From: Candidatus Bathyarchaeota archaeon
GTDB lineage: Archaea; Thermoproteota; Bathyarchaeia; Bathyarchaeales; Bathycorpusculaceae
Reading direction: 5' to 3'
Length of the DNA: 64,000 bases
Assembly (NCBI GenBank): GCA_963733095.1
Contig: CAVTBV010000007.1
Location: 1-64,000 of the forward strand
Positions 58,970 through 64,000 of this stretch are shown piece by piece (the stretch's first letter is position 1; the number at the start of each line of letters is the position of its first letter). The notes under the pieces are model-generated. The model did no database searches. It saw nothing but the letters and a program-made list of their open reading frames with translations, and was not told where the DNA came from. The translations under genes were made by a program, and so were the position numbers.

Positions 58970-59140
58970 ATGAGCCAATACGTTAAGGGAGCTGAACCTG
59001 ACAGGTGGCATTGGATTAAAGATTGCAAGATGTATCCTCGCGTAGTCATCCAGAAAAGAGGCATCAGACCAACTCGTGACCTCTGCGACGAATGCCAGGA
59101 ACTAGAGAAAAAGATACTTCTCAAAACAGCAGCAACATAA
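58970..59140 (+). CDS. Small putative Zn-binding protein
   Basis: WHW..DC...LCDEC; GGTGAGG RBS. Confidence 0.55.
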   Translation: MSQYVKGAEPDRWHWIKDCKMYPRVVIQKRGIRPTRDLCDECQELEKKILLKTAAT

Positions 59141-59373
59141 ACAAAACTTTCTCCCTAAACAAAGAATTGCGATATCAAGGTAGCTTGCGCTCTAAACTTG
59201 AATGGTGGTTTGAGCGGCAGGCAGAGAAGGATTTGAACCCGTCTGAAGTAGAGATGCCACCCGCAAACCTCCTTTTTTGTTCCAGCTGACTTACTATTTT
59301 GTTTTTGTGAACGCAAGTTTCAATGATAGATCTTTTTGAAAGTGGTCTAATGGAGAACCCAAGATGACCTCGT

Positions 59374-59715
59374 TCATTGGAAAATTGTAACCGACTGCTT
59401 TGGCAAGATATCCAAGCTTTCTGTTGCTCGGTAGCCTGCTTTGATCATTTCTTCGATGATTGTTTCTCCAGTAACTCGGTGCTCAAAGAGTCTGTGAATG
59501 CCTCCGCCGCCCTTGTGCTCAACTATGGCTTTCTGTCCCTCTGGTTTTAATGATTCTTTCAATTTTGTAAAGTACTCCACTCTGTTTGGAATTTGATTGT
59601 AGACGTTTCGCAGAAAAATCAGGTCAAGTTTCTCGGGCACAGAGAGTCCTTCTTTTCTGACGAGAACTACTTCGATGTTACCTACACCTTTTTCTGCAAC
59701 AGACTTTGATGAAAT
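59374..59715 (-). pseudogene. C-terminal remnant of a class I SAM methyltransferase
   Basis: DLIFLRNVY...LKPEG..AIVE; the SAM-binding N-terminus is absent. Confidence 0.6.
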
Positions 59716-59779
59716 CGACTTTTTCAGCAAAACAAAAATAGTCGCATACACGGAATCAGTGTATCTTGTGATTTCAAGA

Positions 59780-60916
59780 ATGCCGGCAGATACGTCTCCT
59801 ACGATAAGCCACTCCTATAAGAAGTGGATAGTAGGTGCAGTATTTTTTGGCTACATAGCACTTGCGCTATATATTTTCTATATCGTCGGCATAACCAAGT
59901 TGTTCTCAGTTTTGGAATCCGTAAACTTGGGCATATACTCAATAGCTCTTGCATTTGTCGTAATAGCCCTAACTTTCCATGCTCTAGTTTGGTTCCAGCT
60001 CCTTAAGTCTCTATCAATCAGGGCTACCTTCCGCCGAATCTTCGTTTTAAACTGGGTTGGAGTATTCGTTGACAACATTATTCCAGGTGGCTGGTCAGGA
60101 GACCTGTTTAAGGCTTATTTGTTAAACAGAGACCCGACTGTAGAAAGCGGAAAGGCAGTTGCGTCGGTTGTCGCCAAAAATATGTACGAAGCCATATTCG
60201 CGTTAGCTACCATGATTTTCGGTGTAACTTTACTCGTGTTTAACTACCGTTTTGAAGGCTCCATTCTGTTGACGCTTGGAGTTATAATGCTTCTTTTAAT
60301 TCTGCCTCTAATTGCGCTTCTTTGGGCAAGTTTCAATCTAAAAGGCGCACAGAAAATAGTTGCTGCTGTATTCCGTTTTCTTTCTCGTATAGGCAGAAAC
60401 AGCTGGCACCTTGACGTTCTTCAAGCTAAAGTGAACAAGGCCTTGGGAGATTACCATGACGGAATGAGGATTTTACTTGGAAACCCGCGGATGTTTCTCA
60501 AACCCATGTTGCTCTCTTTTTTTGCATGGGCCTTTGAAGTTCTAACGTTTTTTTTCGTTTTCGCATCGTTGGGGCAATTTATTCCAATCGACAAAGTCAT
60601 AATTGTTAACACCATCGCAAGCAACGTTGAAGGAGCCACGTTAGCTGGTCCGTTCCAGATCATCACAACCGAACTCTACAGGGCACTTGGTGTACCATTT
60701 GCATTAGGCGCCTCCGCGGCTCTGTTGGGCGGTGTTGTAGTTTTCTGGTTAAAAACGGGAATTTCCTACACTGCGTTTCATTACACAATTTTCTCTTCAT
60801 ACACCAATTCTATTTACAAAAGGTTTGGAGACAAAGTAATGAACAAAACTCGCAAAGCTAACAAACAAAACGGCGCTCAGGAAAAAGCTGACAAAGCCGA
60901 GTCCTTTGCCAGTTAA
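59780..60916 (+). CDS. Flippase-like (lysylphosphatidylglycerol synthase TM / UPF0104) protein
   Basis: FVDNIIPGGWSGDLFKAYLL and multiple TMs. Confidence 0.85.
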   Translation: MPADTSPTISHSYKKWIVGAVFFGYIALALYIFYIVGITKLFSVLESVNLGIYSIALAFVVIALTFHALVWFQLLKSLSIRATFRRIFVLNWVGVFVDNIIPGGWSGDLFKAYLLNRDPTVESGKAVASVVAKNMYEAIFALATMIFGVTLLVFNYRFEGSILLTLGVIMLLLILPLIALLWASFNLKGAQKIVAAVFRFLSRIGRNSWHLDVLQAKVNKALGDYHDGMRILLGNPRMFLKPMLLSFFAWAFEVLTFFFVFASLGQFIPIDKVIIVNTIASNVEGATLAGPFQIITTELYRALGVPFALGASAALLGGVVVFWLKTGISYTAFHYTIFSSYTNSIYKRFGDKVMNKTRKANKQNGAQEKADKAESFAS

Positions 60917-61122
60917 TGCTTCCGTTGGTGATCGAATCGATTTTCAGGTACAGGCAATAACAGGGAATGATCTGAAATGTATGTTCGTTACCTCTCTATT
61001 CCTTAAGTACCGCCAAGTCAAGAAACTTTGCAAAGCGCGTTGACTTGTCCCTAAATTGAAAAGCTTATATGAACGCCATTGGCAGACATGAAAAAGCAGT
61101 ATCACCAAACTTTATTCAACAC

Positions 61123-61794
61123 CTAATTTAGATGGATGGTGGGGATAACTGCGATTATGCCGTTTATGATAAATTGTATCGCAATTGCAAGTACTATGAT
61201 CGCCATTAGTGCACTTGCCACGTGTAATCCATCGTGACCTAAAATCCTAAAGAGCCGTGGAGCGTAAATCATGCCGAAATAGGATAATACAATTCCAACA
61301 GCTATTGCCAAGAAAACAATGCCTGCTTCAATAACATTATTCGCTTCTGAAAATAACAATATGACAGTTGTTATAGTGCCTACGCCTGCAGTGAGAGGAA
61401 AAGCAAGTGGAATAATTGAAATATCTTGTCGATCGGAAGTGTAGACTTTCTTTTCTGAAAGCATTCTTAATGCAAACACCACTAAGAGGATACCGCCTGC
61501 TATTTGGAAGGCGTATACTTGGAGATTGAATACTTGAAAAATGAGTTGTCCCGTTATTGCAAAGAAAAACAGAACGATGATAGATATTTTCATAGCCTTC
61601 ACGGCGACTTTTCGTTGTTTTTCAGGGTTAAGATCTTCTGTTAGACTTGAAAAAACTGCTACAGTGCTGATTGGATTCATTACAGCCACGATAGAAGAAG
61701 TGGCTACCAATACGAATTCAAGGGGTTCCAATATTTTTGCCTTAACTGAATTAAGGCATTTTTGTAATATAAGCATTAACAAACAAGTCAGCAA
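61123..61794 (-). CDS. MarC family membrane protein (start probably near LEPLEF)
   Basis: VMNPIS, FQIAGGILL, IPLAFPLTAG. Confidence 0.9.
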   Translation of the reverse strand: MLTCLLMLILQKCLNSVKAKILEPLEFVLVATSSIVAVMNPISTVAVFSSLTEDLNPEKQRKVAVKAMKISIIVLFFFAITGQLIFQVFNLQVYAFQIAGGILLVVFALRMLSEKKVYTSDRQDISIIPLAFPLTAGVGTITTVILLFSEANNVIEAGIVFLAIAVGIVLSYFGMIYAPRLFRILGHDGLHVASALMAIIVLAIAIQFIINGIIAVIPTIHLN

Positions 61795-61871
61795 GGCTAA
61801 ACTGAAGGGTATTCTTAAAAAGGTTATAAAAATGCATAATTATAGCCAATATTGTTAGTAAAATATCGGGC

Positions 61872-61937
61872 TTGGTGTGAGGACTGCCGTGTGGTTCAGA
61901 TGCAGTTTAAACAAACTGGTAAATGGGGATAAAGCTC
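61872..61937 (+). repeat. Inverted dispersed copy of the 3' half of the 49214..49393 gene
   Basis: TTGGTGTGAGGACTGCCGTGTGGTTCAGATGCAGTTTAAACAAAC encodes WCEDCRVVQMQFKQT. Confidence 0.85.
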
Positions 61938-62211
61938 GCTTGATTCTGAAATATTATTGAACTGAGAGCAAAAAATATGAATCATTTGCATTGAAGGCGT
62001 TAAGACAATAGCGAGCGTATATTTCTTTGGTCAGTGGGTGACACAAGCATTTCTAACTATTTTCATACTCTTTACTGCCTATTCATTACCGCAGCCTTGA
62101 TTGAATGAATTTATAGGCAGCCAAAAACACTTAACCATATTGTCCAGAAGATAGCTACAATCGCCTCAAAAAGTTCTTATTCTTCGCAGAACTAGAAGAA
62201 TACGATATTTT

Positions 62212-63213
62212 TTGAAGAGAATAAATGTCACAATAACTTCAGAACAGTCTGAAAAAACTCAAAAAATCTTTGAAAAACTCAAACTTCCGGTTATTGTCTC
62301 AACAGGAACCCAAGATGACAAGGCTGTAAGCAATTTTTCAGCGCTATTACCTGATGAGCTCGTAGACAATGCTATCGAAGAATTAACAAAAAACATAGAT
62401 CTGCGTATAAAAGAAAATGTAATCAGCATCTACGACGTAGAAGCCTTTGTCTCAACTGCTCTTGACAAACTCAAAGAGAAAGCCATAAAAGAGAAACCTA
62501 AAGAGAACCCGTTGGAAAGACTGATTAACCAAACAGACAAACACGTAGTGCTAAATAAAGACACGTTAGTCATGGCATTGTTTGCGACCCTTGTAGCTTT
62601 CGCCGGACTTCTCTTAGACAACGTTGCTATCGTAATAGGCGCAATGCTTCTCTCTCCCCTTCTAGGTCCCTTAAACGCATTTGCTGTCAACACGAACCTG
62701 GGGAGACTACGAAAGGTCGCAATCAGCCAATTGTCGATTCTGGGTCTTCTAGGCGCTATAATCACTTTGTCTGCAGTCGCGACGTTTCTTGTTTCACAAT
62801 TTGTTAGTGTACCTTTAAATTCCGGTCAAATCGTTTTGCGAATGCATGCTTCTCTTTCAGACATTGGAATAGCATTAATAATCGGGCTCGCTGGTGGATT
62901 GGCTTTGTTTGTTGCTCTTCCTGAATTGCTTGTTGGAGTAGCAATCGCCGTTGCCATCGTTCCTCCTGCCACCGTTGCTGGCATAGGTTTGGCTTTGGAA
63001 AATGGGGGGCTTTTCGCCGGAGCTTTGACTCTCACGTTTGTGTATTTAATTGGACTGGAGTTGGGTTCTAGCGTTATGCTTAGAATTAGAGGGGTATCGC
63101 CCAGACATTACTATCAGAAAGGGGAAACCAGAATAAAATTCGCTTACTCTATAGCAATCCTAGCTGTACTCTTTGCTATTTTGAGTGCTATAGTTTTTTT
63201 CCTAAATCTCTAA
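62212..63213 (+). CDS. TIGR00341/DUF389 family membrane protein
   Basis: IGAMLLSPLLGP, GVAIAVAIVPP. Confidence 0.9.
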   Translation: MKRINVTITSEQSEKTQKIFEKLKLPVIVSTGTQDDKAVSNFSALLPDELVDNAIEELTKNIDLRIKENVISIYDVEAFVSTALDKLKEKAIKEKPKENPLERLINQTDKHVVLNKDTLVMALFATLVAFAGLLLDNVAIVIGAMLLSPLLGPLNAFAVNTNLGRLRKVAISQLSILGLLGAIITLSAVATFLVSQFVSVPLNSGQIVLRMHASLSDIGIALIIGLAGGLALFVALPELLVGVAIAVAIVPPATVAGIGLALENGGLFAGALTLTFVYLIGLELGSSVMLRIRGVSPRHYYQKGETRIKFAYSIAILAVLFAILSAIVFFLNL

Positions 63214-63455
63214 TTGAAACACTTAATAGAAGTCTGAAAAATTGGAGCTGCGATCTACTCAAGGATTTGTGCATTTACTATTTCAATCTTTTTCCAAAAT
63301 AATATCTTGCTTAATTATTAATTATAATTCGTTCAATTTTATTTTTCTTAGTTAAACTATCTTTTGCAACGTTCATGCATTATTGTTCGGTTTCGAAAGC
63401 TAAAAATCTTGGGTTACATCTCAATTCAGGACAAGCAGAAAGAGTAATAGTTGTG

Positions 63456-63647
63456 GTGAAGGAAAAGTTGTTTGAGGGCAAAACCATTTTTGTTTGCGAA
63501 ATTTGTGGTCTTGGCTATTTAGAGAGGGATGATGCCCAGAAATGTGAGGATTGGTGTGGAAAGAACCCTGGAACCTGCAATTTTCAAGTATCACAAAAGG
63601 CAGTCTACCCTACTGGCACGCCATCTTATGCAACAGAGCAAAAATAA
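63456..63647 (+). CDS. Small Zn-binding protein
   Basis: FVCEICGLGY...A.KCE.WC...C; GTG start inferred. Confidence 0.6.
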   Translation: MKEKLFEGKTIFVCEICGLGYLERDDAQKCEDWCGKNPGTCNFQVSQKAVYPTGTPSYATEQK

Positions 63648-63689
63648 TCAGTACGCTTTCAAGGGTCGATACAGTATAGCGCTTCTTAT

Positions 63690-63950
63690 TTTTTGCCGGA
63701 TTTTCTTTGGTTCTTTACCGCTTTAATTTCTAGGGCTTTATCGATCATCTCGTTGAATGCAGGGTGGCAGCAATGTCCAGTTGGGTTGTTAATCTTGCAG
63801 TTGCTCTTAACGTTTCCACGGAGACTAATCATGATAGGTCCAGCCTGTGTCAGTCCTTTTTCTATGACTGCTTTTGTGACCTCTTCCTGGGTTATCTTTC
63901 TGCAGTAGCACGCGTATTTGGGGTTTGCGTCTTTCTTGTACCAAAGAGGC
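63690..63950 (+). pseudogene. Degraded C-terminal fragment of a sugar-porter MFS gene
   Basis: AAMSSWVVNLAVA and FLVPK echo GAAMSVATVANWGFNLVVA and LVPET of the intact porter. Confidence 0.5.
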
Positions 63951-64000
63951 TTCTTGAGAGCAGATTTATCAAAAACTTTTTCGGAATTGTAGTATGAGAC

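Overview
Archaeal chromosome segment, most consistent with Candidatus Bathyarchaeia. This is inferred from aIF-1A/aIF-2beta, archaeal DnaG, a PolB3-like polymerase, FwdB, DUF424/DUF373 and many lineage-type small proteins; no rRNA is present to confirm it. Bases 1-14 kb are a mixed accessory region: coiled-coil paralogs, a wHTH-HTH-MinD/ParA cluster, mobA, msrA, a candidate multi-box C/D sRNA and an orphan fwdB. Bases 15-36 kb are mostly core genes: KH-rio1-aIF1A, sdhAB-aspA without a membrane anchor, aIF2beta, uppS, ychF, a polB with degenerate exonuclease motifs, a dnaG with no canonical start codon, a ParB-like protein and a thioredoxin-ferredoxin operon. Bases 36.3-51.2 kb form a 14.8-kb block bounded by a 45-bp direct repeat. 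It looks like a decaying light/UV-stress island: heliorhodopsin, UvsE, DUF523-DUF1722 (RudS-like), SOUL, fasciclin, ABC transporter, NTF2-like, hemerythrin and two PNPOx-like flavoproteins. Bases 52-64 kb hold GH15 plus a sugar porter, a SOR-like protein, surface/membrane proteins and gene remnants. I found no CRISPR array, complete tRNA, rRNA, transposase or integrase. All family assignments are by motif recognition, not database search.
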